From positions 1 to 64,000 of the forward strand of contig JAAILG010000119.1 in NCBI GenBank assembly GCA_012026655.1: a stretch of 64,000 nt of DNA, given 5' to 3'. The notes under the pieces are model-generated. The model ran no database searches. It was given only the letters and a program-made list of their open reading frames with translations, and had not been told where the DNA came from. The first letter of the stretch is position 1; the number at the start of each line of letters is the position of its first letter. Below, one piece after another: positions 42,101 through 53,231 of this stretch. Source of the DNA: Hydrolagus affinis. Its lineage: Eukaryota. A program made the position numbers and the translations under genes.

Positions 42101-45100
42101 TGAGCAAATGGGACAATGCTTTGCAGCTAGAAAATATAAAGGAAAATGTGTGATGACAGCATTTTTATCTTCACTTATTGTACTGCAGTTACTGAAGAGA
42201 TCTTATTATGAGGCGGATCTCTCGGTGTGACACAGGCACATGTGAAGCTCATAGAAACTCATCCTGTGTTGAAAGCTGATGTGTCCAGCATGTGACGTAT
42301 TATCAATTTGAGGTAAATTCTTGCTTGTAAGTGATGAACTATTCAGCAAGTGGAACGAAAGCTTGAGCAAGCGTGGTGACTTCAAATCTGAATCGTGCTA
42401 AGTATTATTTGATACGTTTGCATGTTCTCAACAAGCTGCGCAATGAGAGGACCTCAAATGATGTTTGGGAGCCCTCTCATGGCAGCACATTGCGACTGCT
42501 GTCTGATATGTAAACAGCTTTAGCTTTGTTATGCGACAAAGCTCTTCTTAGTACCAGACTCACATTACTTGCTTCTTCAATGGGGAGTAAGAACCGACTT
42601 TGCATAGTTATAATGAAAGATTGAAAGCAATCGTACTGAACAAATTGAGTAGCAATTGGTTTCATTGATACTAACTACAGCCCAAAAGGTATCACATCAG
42701 GATTCAATAATGTGTGAAACCACCTGAAGAGGAAGACTATTTTCCTTCACACTCAATGAAGCACAACTACCGCAAGCTTTAAAAGTTTTTTTTTAAAAAA
42801 AACAGCAGGTGATTGGTCTGCAGGAGCGCGCATGAAACTTAAGTTAAAAAAAGTCCTGACCTGGCAACATTTCACTGGCAATTCATTCTTTCAGACAGCA
42901 AGAAGCAGAACTCACTGCACACATTTGAAATCTCTTTGCAAAGACTTATTTGGTGTTGATTCTAAAACTCCACTAGTCCCTATTTTGAGAGCAGCGCAGA
43001 TAGGTTGTATAACTTTGCACCCTCTTTCAAAATCACATCAATATAAAATGACACCAATGAACAGAACATTGCTTTCTGAACTGAACCATTTTCTTCCTCA
43101 CACACAAACATGGTAATCTTATTATTTTACCTGTTTTGGCCCAAATACAGCACTGATGTTCTCTTTCATAGTGCTGCATCCACTGGTACAAACAACAGGG
43201 TTCCGCTTTCCTTGTCCAACCTGATTGGTACAGTTTATCCGCACACCCGTAGCGATGATGCAGTAAGCTTGCAAGATCTGTACCATTTTAGCATATTCCT
43301 GTTTTAAACAAAAACACATTGAAAGATTTTGTACTTCATTAAAAAATAATCCTTGCATTTGATACAGCGCTTTTCATGTCTTCTAGACTCTCAAAACATT
43401 TCAACAATATACTGTAAAGAGAATTGACTATATTTTGTGGACATAATGCGGCAGCCAATTGTGCACAGCAGTGTCTCACAAACAGTCGTGGATTGAGTAA
43501 CCAAATAATAATTTTTTTTTAAGGATTATTATTGCCAGAAAAGCGATCCGCAAATGAACTAACAACCGGGTTCCTACTTGCTGCTAGGTAAACAGAGGCA
43601 CATGGAGTAAGGAAACTTGCCTAACATTTCGTACTGCTGGGAATCAAACCCAGGTCTTTCACTTGTGTGGCAAGTGCTCTAACCACTGAGCTACAGGATT
43701 CCACAAGATAGCAGCTACAATAAACTTTTCACTCATAAGAAAAGGCCAAGAGGAATATCATAATGATCACAAGTCTCCCTATCCTAAAAGCAAGCTTTTC
43801 AGTGAGCCTTGCATTTCCCAGGAACAGAATTAGGCCATTCAGTCCCTCGAGCCAGTTCTGCCATTCTGTTAGACCATGGCCGATATGTACCCCAACTGCA
43901 AATATCACCAGTCTTCCTTTCCAACAATATTTGAATTAACCACATTGCACAATTCAGTCACACGGTCTTCTAACTCAGGAGTGTCAATAAATCCAGAGAA
44001 TTTGGAGTATAAACTGCCACGATCACATTTAGTAATGTGCAGTTTCTTTATTTAGTAATTAAATGTTTTAAGTGCATCACACATTGTGCATATCACTTAT
44101 CTTAAAAATATTTTACCTTTTTAATATTCCGCTGAAACTCTTTGTGCCTTACAGGAAGTGTGTTGAACAGCTGCTGAACACTCACAGTTGTCCCTTTCTG
44201 TCGGGGATGTGGCACTTGCTGTCTAATGCAGCCATTATGATCGTACACCAGACGGGTTCCAACCTTAGATGCCTTGTGACAAGTCACAATGGTAAGATCG
44301 CTGAAAAGAATGATAGAACAAAGGGTATTCTAAATGCAGCCGATCCCCTCCACGTCAGTAACAAATATTCTAGAATGGAAAAAAAACGCCTGCATAATGT
44401 AATCAAAGAGACATACCTACCTCAGTGCACATAAGGAACTCAGAGCTTCACCTCTAAATCCAAAGGTCTCCACATGCATAAGATCAGAGAACTCTTGCAG
44501 CTTGGAAGTGTAATGCTTTAGGGCTTTAAAAGAAATTGTTTCACATGTTACAAAACAGCATCAGTTCAATCGATGCACAAAGCCTATTCATTTGCAGAAT
44601 GTGAAATGTAGGATGCTTTTAAAATCATTCTCCAAATAAAATACAACTGTACTTAGTCCTTCCAAATTTTCTTCCGGTACTCCATCTCCATTGTCCATTA
44701 CTTCAATGAGATCTGCTCCACATTCTTTCAGCTTAACATCTGAAAAGAAATACACCGGAAAAAATATAAAACGTGAAATGCTTTTTTAAAAAAAAATGGA
44801 AGATGTTTCAGTTATCATCTTTTTAGGCTAATGATCACAGCTTTCCCACCAGAACATAAAAGTGGACAGTAGTTTACTAGTAGTTTACTAGTTAGTATAT
44901 ATCAAATAAACTAATATAGGTGAGCATCCAAAATCCGGAGTTCCGGAATCCGGAATGTTCTGGAATCCAGGACGATTGGTGGCAGGGTTGTCCGGAATCC
45001 GTAAAATGTTCCGGAATCCGGACACCCTGAGAAGAACTACAAGGTGACGTCCAAAACCGGAAATATCGCAACCTGGGCCCAGGCATTTCCGGACTCGGGA

Positions 45101-47098
45101 CGCGCTTCTGGCAAAACACGGCAGCCAATTGGGCTCAGCAGTGTCCCACAAACTGTCATGGTTTGAGTGACCAAATCATTTTTATTTTTTGAAGATGTGC
45201 ATCACATGAAAAATGTTGGCATATGTGCCTTGACCTCTCTGCAGCAATCATATTTCCAGTTTCTACATAAGATAGTTGTTGCATCAGTCTCTTATGTTGC
45301 ATTTACACATGACATCTTCTTCTTTGCCTACCTCTTGCCATAACCTTTTCCAGACAGTAGCAACCGTAGCAATTCTCCAGTGATCAGTAAACCTGAATAA
45401 TGCTCTTAACAACATTTAATGTGCGCCTTGAATACATAATGTTTCTCACCAACGTTAGTAGCACCAGCATCAAGACTGTTCTCCACCAGTTCTTTGACAG
45501 CAGTGCTGAGATTAAGCACAACTTGTCCTGAGCAGATCTGGTGCACAGAGTGTCGGTCAATTCGCTTGATTGCTCTTGCGGGAGCTGAGCTGAATAAATA
45601 GCAGCAAGGAATGAATCAGAAATTGACACAAGAGAGTTGTATGTATACCAACAGCAAATTACATTTGTATAGTGCCTTTCACGTTGAGAGGTCTACCCAA
45701 GGCACTGGACAGACATTATTCCGGACACGAGCAGGGAGTAGGTATTGCCTAGGGTGGAGGGTAAGGGGTGGGGCGAGGAGGTTGATTAAAAGCACCATCA
45801 AAGAGTAAGGCCTTGAGGTAGGTACTGAAGGAGGCAAGGGATAGAGTGAAGCTGAAGGACTGAGGGATAGAGTTCCAGAGGGTGGGGGCAGAATGGCTGA
45901 AGGCCCATCACCAATGGTTGGGCGGGCAAGGTAGGGGGCATGAAGCAGGCCGGAGCCTGTCGAGCAGAAGGAGTGGGCAGGTTGGTAGGGGGTTAAGCGG
46001 TCGCAAGTGGTAGGGGGTAGCTGAGCCATGTAGAGCTTTGAAGGTGAAGACCGGGATCTAGAACTGTGTCCTCTGCATGATGGGAAGCCAGAGGAGTCGG
46101 GCGAGAATAGGCGTAATAGGTCACAGAGCCTGGTGCGGGAGAGGACACGGGCTGCAGAGTTCTGGATGATCTGCAGCTGTGCAGGGAGAAGTTGGGGAGG
46201 CCGACAGTCGATGAGCTTGTATAGTCAAGACTGGATGCTACGAATGAATGTATGTGGGTTTCGGCGGCCTGCAGTGTGAGACAGTGGCGGAGCCGGGGCA
46301 ACGTTGCAGAAAATAGGAGAGTAGGTCACGGCACGGATGTGGGGAACAAAAGATAGTTGAGGGATATAACCAATAACAGGTAACTAATATAAATTCCAAT
46401 GGAGCCATATACATAATGTCATATTACAGATAAGATATACAGTACTGTACAACTAATAGTCATGCACATGTGGGCAGCCAGTAATACTAACAATTACTCA
46501 TTGCTCTTTCGCAGAGAGCAAGGGAAATGGAGCTCCACTGAATTTTTAACATGAGGGAAGCTGATGCAGTTCTACGTTATTGTACTGTTTAGTTTGTTAA
46601 ACAAAAATCTTGAACAAGATCTCAGTTAACCACTTGACAATACTGTATTTGCTTTCCTACAGCTGATGCCCAAAACACTGCAGTTGTGTGGGTGCCATAC
46701 ATTTAATCACCACAAACGTTTGCTCTACGATGTAACCAGTATTGTATACTGTACTTCAGCTAACACCTGTATAACTTGGGAGCCGGAGAATTCCTTCTAT
46801 CCGTCAATTCTAGACTGGGCAAGACGCGACAACATTACACATCACAGGCAATCTACTTGACAGTAGAAAAACGCTTATTCATAAAGGTCGAGTTGAATGC
46901 AGTTGTTTTGTCGATGGAAGCACTGCACCTTGCAATTCACCCGGCCTGGCCTACATAACAATGCCTGCCTCAGAAGCGGGGAGGGGGGGGGAAAGTTAAC
47001 TTATTTATATATTAAAAAAACCTCTTGCATTTGAACCCGCTGTACACGGTACCGGTGCGTCTTCTGTCTGAGTGTCCAGCAACTCACCAAGTCTCCAT
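36157..47098 (-). CDS. PMS2: Mismatch repair endonuclease PMS2 (MutL-alpha subunit), 15 coding exons, about 864 aa
   Basis: Exons 47098-47088 (ATGGAGACTTG|gtgagt), 45589-45450, 44739-44653, 44523-44421, 44300-44117, 43298-43131, 42126-42029, 41474-41375, 40522-40438, 39922-39770, 39502-38620, 38257-38090, 37749-37649, 36761-36592, 36300-36157; total 2595 nt. GHKL ATPase motifs ([26 protein letters not shown]), endonuclease motif [29 protein letters not shown]. Exon 1 is the least certain. Confidence 0.96.
36820..37490 (-). mobile_element. L2-clade LINE 3' fragment in PMS2 intron 13
   Basis: SRLDCGNS...[11 protein letters not shown]...[33 protein letters not shown] plus an L2 tail. Confidence 0.88.
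40931..41118. mobile_element. hAT (Charlie-like) MITE
   Basis: Ends CGTGGTTTCCAAACT and AGTTTGGAAGCCATTG; 8-bp TSD GTCTATGG (40923-40930) / TTCTATGG (41119-41126). Confidence 0.7.
43345..43705 (-). mobile_element. tRNA-derived SINE, long subtype
   Basis: Same head and tail plus an internal CTCTGTTTACCTAGCAG..GTAGGAACC segment. Confidence 0.85.
44917..45105. mobile_element. Probable Tigger-like MITE left end with tandem TCCGGAA motifs
   Basis: TAGGTGAGCATCCAAAATCCGGAGTTCCGGAATCCGG; CpG-rich repeated TCCGGA; right TIR not found (a SINE fragment follows). Confidence 0.45.
45648..46310 (-). mobile_element. L2-clade LINE 3' fragment in PMS2 intron 1
   Basis: [25 protein letters not shown] with frameshifts; L2 tail at the left end. 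Confidence 0.8.
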
Positions 47099-47829
47099 GT
47101 CCGTGCTCCGTAAATGACCAGGGAATGTGGGGGGGGGGAATGTGGGCTGAGTTGGCGATTCTCAGCCACAATAAAACCACCGAGTCTCGGTGCCGTGCGA
47201 TGATGGAGTTGGGAGACCTGAGGCAGTGGCCGCCACCCGCCCCGGCAACCAAACCCCGGCGCGCTTTCCAGCTTCCGGGCGGGGAGGTGGAGGGTGCGGT
47301 GCCCTCTGGGAAATGTAGTCCCTCACCGTGTCGGGCGGGAGGGTGGGGGCTGCCCAGCGCACTCCATCTCCCGTCAAGCTGAGCAGCGCTCGCCCTTCAC
47401 AATCATAATAATCCTTACATTTATATAACAGCGCTTCCCACGCTTTATCGACGTCTCAAAATCTTAAAAATAATTTACAGGTTAATTTACAGTTACGTTA
47501 GAAAATAATGAACAGTTATCACTTTGCCCTCCCCCCCCCACCACCCAAAAAAAAACTGATGGGTAATACCGCCGTCCTCTTTAACATAAAGAGTTGGTGG
47601 TCGATCAAGCAACTTGAAGATGACAATTTTGAACTCCAGCAGTTTGTTTGTGTGGGGCTTCGTTGCCGGAAGTCCTGCCCCTGTGATTGACAGGGGAGGG
47701 TTAGCCAACCAGAAGACAGGCCGGCGGCCCAATCGGATGATAGCAAGTGATCTAGTGGGCGGGGCTGGGTGCGTGAGTGTGGCACTGGGCAGCGCGAGGC
47801 GGTTCTCTCACACACACACACACGGAGCG
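47099..47829. promoter_or_regulatory. Bidirectional CpG-rich promoter shared by PMS2 and AIMP2
   Basis: Divergent ATGs 732 bp apart. ZNF143/SBS motif ACTACATTTCCCAGAGGGC (minus strand, 47301-47319), ETS/GABPA CCGGAAGT 47666-47673, CCAAT 47729-47733, GC box GGGCGGGG 47757-47764, and high CpG density. Confidence 0.85.
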
Positions 47830-50800
47830 ATGCCTATGTACGAGGTAAAGTCGTATCATAACGAAGAGCAAGTCATTGACTTCCCCACCTGCATGTACAA
47901 GATATCAAACATTCACCATGACACTGGATATGTCTCTTCGGACGTCGAGGTACAGGTTTACCGACTTTCACTTTCACTTCTGAGTCGGCGTTTACAGCCC
48001 ACGGCACTGGGGCCGGGTCTGTGTGTGGAGGGGGTGAGGCCTCTCTTCATCTCAGTGAAACCTTCTGCCATTTTCCCCAAAACATTGGAAGGATGTGCGA
48101 GTTTCCATACTGTATTTGCTGTTTTGCTGACCGCACGAGTAGTAATACTGATGAGAGTATTTTTGTGATTACATCATGTTGTCCTATAGCTCTAGGAGCC
48201 GAACTTAAAATGACTCTTCATTTCCTCCAAGAAGACGTGTTAACGATACTGTAATTCATTTCTTCAGCCCCCATTACCCCCTTTGGGGACCTCAGCGCCT
48301 TGGGACGTCCTCCAGACGTGAAAGTATAAATATAAATATAATATTGTTATTGCTTCTACATAAGGCTGGCTGATGGTTTTGTATGATACACCTGTTTCAT
48401 TCAGCTGACTATCAGTCCCAACTAAGGGAGGGGTTGAGGGAGGAGAGAGGTGGTGAGGGACAGGCTTTGAAGGTGGGGAGCAAAGGACCTTTTGAGAGGA
48501 ATGCAATTCTAGTGAAGGGGGAAAAAATAGCTGAAACAAAATCAATGATGATAATAATAATATGAACATGATTTGGGTTGGCGCAGAGCCGATCAATATT
48601 TGTGTTATTATTAGCTTCCCACCCTGCCTGTACTTTAAATAAGGTACTGTACTGGTTATATAGCCTAACTAATAAGATTCACTTAATATCTAGTCAATTA
48701 TATTGTGTAATGTGCTTCAAGATTTTGTTTTACAAGTAGATCCTATAAATATGAAGTTATGACCAATGCTTTATTGTACATGAAGGGAGTGCAAATCTTG
48801 ATTTGGAAAAATAATCCTTACATTTGATATAGCGCCTCTCACATTGGATAAATCTTTCAAAATGCTTCACAGGATATTTCGTAGGTGCCAGTGTATTTTG
48901 TAGATGACCACAGTAGTAGCCAATTTGCAGCCAGCCATGAAGTGAATGGCCAATTTTATTTGGAGATTGTTTGTCTGAACGTAGGGAAAATCCCCCTTCA
49001 CATTTTGAATTCTGTCATGGGATCTTTAAAGTCCACCTGAACAGTCATTTCTAAATACAAGCTAATTGTACATTTTTAATTGTTGATGTTTTAATGATTT
49101 AATAGTTTGCATTGGTTTGCTCTTTCAGGATGGGAAGAATGATCCTGCAATACAGGTTTTGGAGTCGAGGCAACAAGAAATGCTAAAACGCCTATATGAG
49201 TTGAAAGCAGTTGTTGACAACCTTTCAAAGGCTGTTCTGACCCCAGATGCTGACCTCGATGTTACAGATATCAACCCAGCCAATTATATGCCAAACATCT
49301 GCACAACAGCCAATTTAGATTCACTCCTCGGAGAGGCAAGTTCTAGTCTCCTATACCTTACCAAAGCATCAAACTTCCACAGATTAATTTGGTAGTTATC
49401 TGTTCTCAATGAGCAACATAATATTTATAATAGTACTCTCTTTGAGATGTGATCCCAATCTCAACGGTTCCAGTTCCATATCTTTATCCAATTTTTTGCT
49501 GCCATTGTCCTCTTGATTATATCATATAAGGTATGATACTACTGGCTTTCTCTATGAAGATCCCATTTTTAAATTGATCGACTCTTGATAATCTGCAATT
49601 ACGCTGACCATCTTAGTTTTCAGGATCTGGATAATGGTTTGTTTGTTACAAACCTAGCTGCCAAAAGAAAAGACTTATTCTTTCCAATGACCTTTCCTTC
49701 TTTGCTGAAATCCATTTCAATCATCTTTGTCCGCCTCTCCACCTCTCCTGATTCCTATACTGCATCCTCTTAAACAAATAACTCATTGATATCACAAACC
49801 TCACAGAAAAAATAGGTAGCATGGTTGTAACCACAATTGTAGGTCAGTCTTAGCAAATAAGTATATTTTGATCAAGTAATCCATTTGACAGAATTTTCCA
49901 TTGTACGTGCATGTACTTACTTACCCCTAGCTCGCATCTGAAACACTGATTAACCCAATGTAAAAGGTACGATACAAATGGAATTTTGTTGTTGTATGCA
50001 TATTGCATAATGAGCGTTTTATGTCTGTCTTATTTGTGTTGAACTCAAACAGTGTTTCTTTTGAAGCTATCTGTATTGCTCCAGTAGCTGAACCACTGGC
50101 TGGTTTTCAGACTGATGTTTCAATATAATAATAAATAATCGTTGCATTTCACATAGCGCTTTTCATGTCTGCTAGATATCTCAAAGTGCTTCACAGAATA
50201 TACTGTTAAGTGAATTGACTTTATGTTTGTGGGAGAAACGTGACAGCCAATTTGTGCACAGCAGTGTCCCACAAACAGTCGTGGATTGAAATGACCAATT
50301 TTATTATTATGTTTTTTTGGGAGGGATAAGTGAACATTTGATGATCAACTATGGTCATATGGTAACTTACACCTTATATAGCACCACGTAGAAACTCAGC
50401 AGCCAATTACCTTGAGGGTAGGGAAATAGAAAATTCTCATATTGTACTATTTGTGACTTTTTTAAATCTACAATTTATTTTAATTATGCTGTACTACTTT
50501 TTTCAAACTAGAGTTTTGGTGCCCTGAGAGATATTGTTATCAACGCCAACCCTTCTGAGCCCCCACTATCACTGCTGGTCCTGCATAGTTTGTTGTGCGA
50601 ACGTTATAAGGTGCTGTCTTCCGTGCACGTACACTCCTCTGTGGAAAACGTGCCCACTCATCTCTTGAACTGTCTAGGTGAAGGAGCCAAAAATGGGTCA
50701 CGCCATGAGTATCAACTTGGCTTCACACTCATATGGAAACAAGGTGAGAATATCTAGTTGAAGGATAATTCACCAGAGAGGTGAAGTACGACAAAGGAGG

Positions 50801-51813
50801 CAAAGAGAGCCCTGGTTGCAGATGTTTAGAATGTCATTAGAGACTTCGACTAGGGCTGTCTCCGTGCTATGGGCAGCACCGAAGCCAGATTGAAGGGGTT
50901 CAAGGAGGGTGTGGCGAGAGAGAAAGGAGCGAAGCAACGAGTTGTTCCAGGGACTTGGAGAGGAATGGAGTGGTGAGGCGATGGCTGGAAAGTAGGGATG
51001 GGTCGAGAGAAGGTTTTTTCAAGATGGGGGTGATGACAGCAATTTCTAGAGATGTGGGGACAGTGTTGGTGAATAGAGAGTGGTTGACATCAGCTAGGAG
51101 ATGGAGCTGGGAGATGAGGAGAATGGTGGGAATGGGATCAAGGGAGCAGGTGGTAGGTTCAAAGTTCACTCGTGTGCATAGTTCAGAGCTCAAAGTTCAC
51201 TCATTCATATTCCATTGGGCTGATATCACTGTAATGCAACCAGGAATGGAAACCCTGACTAATTTAACTTCCCTCTTAGTTCCATACTTTGTAATGACCA
51301 CGCTAACCTTTGTTTAGCTGGAGTAGCAAGTTTTGTTTTCAAAATTGCAATTCTGTTGAGCAACAAGGCTTTCAGATGTGTCTGTTATTGTGCTGTGCCT
51401 ACACTGAATGGTTTTTGCTTTCTTTTTCAGTGTCTAAACCACAGATGAAGTTTTGTGTTCAAAGCATGTGCCCCATCGAAGGAGAAGGAAACATTGCTCG
51501 TTTCCTCTTCTCATTTCTTGGCAACAGCTACAACCCTGTGAAATCCACCATCATTGACAGCTGGGTGGATACTGCTATTTTCCAACTGAAAGGGGGAAAC
51601 AACAAAGAGAAAGCAGCTGTGGTGCGCTCCTTAAACACCAATCTCAGCAAGAGCCCTTGGATCATTGGAGCTGACCTTTCAGTGGCTGACATTGTATTAT
51701 ATTGTGCTTTGCAGCAGTCAGAAGGTGGCAATAGTGTTCCAGCTAATGTTCAGAAATGGATCAAATCCTGTGAGAATCTGGCATCCTTCAATCTAGCACT
51801 AAAGCTGATGTAA
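47830..51813 (+). CDS. AIMP2: Aminoacyl tRNA synthetase complex-interacting multifunctional protein 2 (p38/JTV1), 4 exons, 315 aa
   Basis: Exons 47830-47955, 49129-49335 (GC donor), 50512-50743, 51431-51813; total 948 nt. [63 protein letters not shown] and a GST-C-like C-terminus. An alternative in-frame exon 1 donor at 47949 is possible. Confidence 0.96.
50760..51175 (-). mobile_element. L2-clade LINE RT-proximal fragment in AIMP2 intron 3
   Basis: [10 protein letters not shown]...[31 protein letters not shown]...[12 protein letters not shown]. Confidence 0.8.
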
Positions 51814-51898
51814 AGACAAAATGTAGTTTTAAACTCTGATGTCTATGCAGTTAAGCTTTCACGTGTGATAGCTGACCTAACTCTCAAATGGATTAAGT

Positions 51899-51904
51899 AA
51901 TAAA
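51899..51904 (+). terminator. AIMP2 polyadenylation signal
   Basis: AATAAA 85 nt after the stop codon, followed by T-rich sequence. Confidence 0.65.
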
Positions 51905-52119
51905 GGTCTTAACATCATTCTTTGACTGAAAAGTATTCCCTTTTTTAATTTAGAAATCCACTACATTTTGAAGTTAATCCATGATATCGGAAAATTTGGG
52001 TCTTCCAACTGTATGCCATCAGCTTCAACACAACAGTTGTCAGTGTCTCATGATATGTTGACTTGTAGATTTGGAAGACTCAAAATCCAGAGCAAGTTCA
52101 GTTTAATATTGTATGTGGG

Positions 52120-52465
52120 ATCCTGCAACTCAGCAGTTAAAAGCCCTTGCCTTACAGCCGAGAGACCAGCAAGATGAAATGTTGGGAAAGTTTTCTTATT
52201 CCACAGGCCTCTGTTTACCTAGCAGTTAAGTAGGAACACAGTTGTTAGTCGATTGGCAGATCACTTTTCCCTCGGGGAAATAATTCAGTTTTTTGAAAAA
52301 ATAAAGTGGTCACATGAATCCATGACTGTTTGGGGGACACTGCTGTGTGCAATTAGCTGCTGCATTTCACCTACAAAACATATATCAATTCACTTTACAG
52401 TATTCTGTGAAGCATTTTGAAATGTCTTAACATGATAAGCCACTATCAAATGGAAGGATTATTGT
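52120..52465 (+). mobile_element. tRNA-derived SINE, long subtype, between the AIMP2 and EIF2AK1 3' ends
   Basis: Degenerate head, internal CTCTGTTTACCTAGCAG segment, and GGATTATT tail. Confidence 0.8.
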
Positions 52466-52990
52466 GTCAAAATTGTCACAGAATAACTAAATATTGGAGC
52501 ACTTTTAGTCATGTTCCTCTTATCATGTCACAACATTAGTAGTCCACGGTAAAATCTGGACTTCCTCTCTCTCTTAAATGATGAAGTCCCATGACAAGTT
52601 ATGGGACTAACCTGCCCACCCCCTCCACTCAGCAGGGTCCAGCCTGCTCTATGTCCCCTGACCCACCCACTCCACCAATGGTGAGCGAGCCTTCAGCCAC
52701 TGTGCCCCCAACTTCTGGCACTCCATCCGCAGTCCCTCCACCTCGCCCCCTCCCTGGCCTCCTTTAACCCTAGGACCCGTCATAAGGCAGCCTTCCCACA
52801 CGATAATCCTACAAAAGGACCTGGGATAGGCTGTGGATTTTCTAAACGTTTATGGCTATATAACACATCAGGTGATGCATTTATTCACTGAAGCAGCAGA
52901 TAACCCCCAAAGATTCCATTAATTACACACATGGATTCAAAATCACTTGTAATTCTACCATTTGATCATAGTTAGTAGACCTCTCACCAA

Positions 52991-52996
52991 TTTATT
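52991..52996 (-). terminator. Candidate EIF2AK1 polyadenylation signal
   Basis: AATAAA on the minus strand about 240 nt after the stop; a second one lies at 52880-52885. Confidence 0.4.
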
Positions 52997-53231
52997 TTTC
53001 ATTTTACATTTCCTGATTGAGAGTCCTAACAGATACATAATTTCACTTTATAATTTAATAGTGCAGAATCCACTATAAAATATCACTTATTTTACATAAC
53101 ATTAAATAAATAGTGTACAACCCACAATTTACTGTCATTCCATTCGTACATAAATTTGCATTCATTCCATTCAAAGTGAAGGTGGGAGAAACCATGTTAG
53201 ATGCGAGAGGGAACATTTCTACATGGAAATC

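Noticed and set aside
44935-45095. TCCGGAA repeats as a CRISPR-like array
   Set aside because: Short irregular motifs without a repeat-spacer structure, in a eukaryotic context; typical of MITE subterminal repeats.
51310-51430. N-terminal part of the 167-aa ORF
   Set aside because: Intronic sequence before the AIMP2 exon 4 acceptor at 51430.
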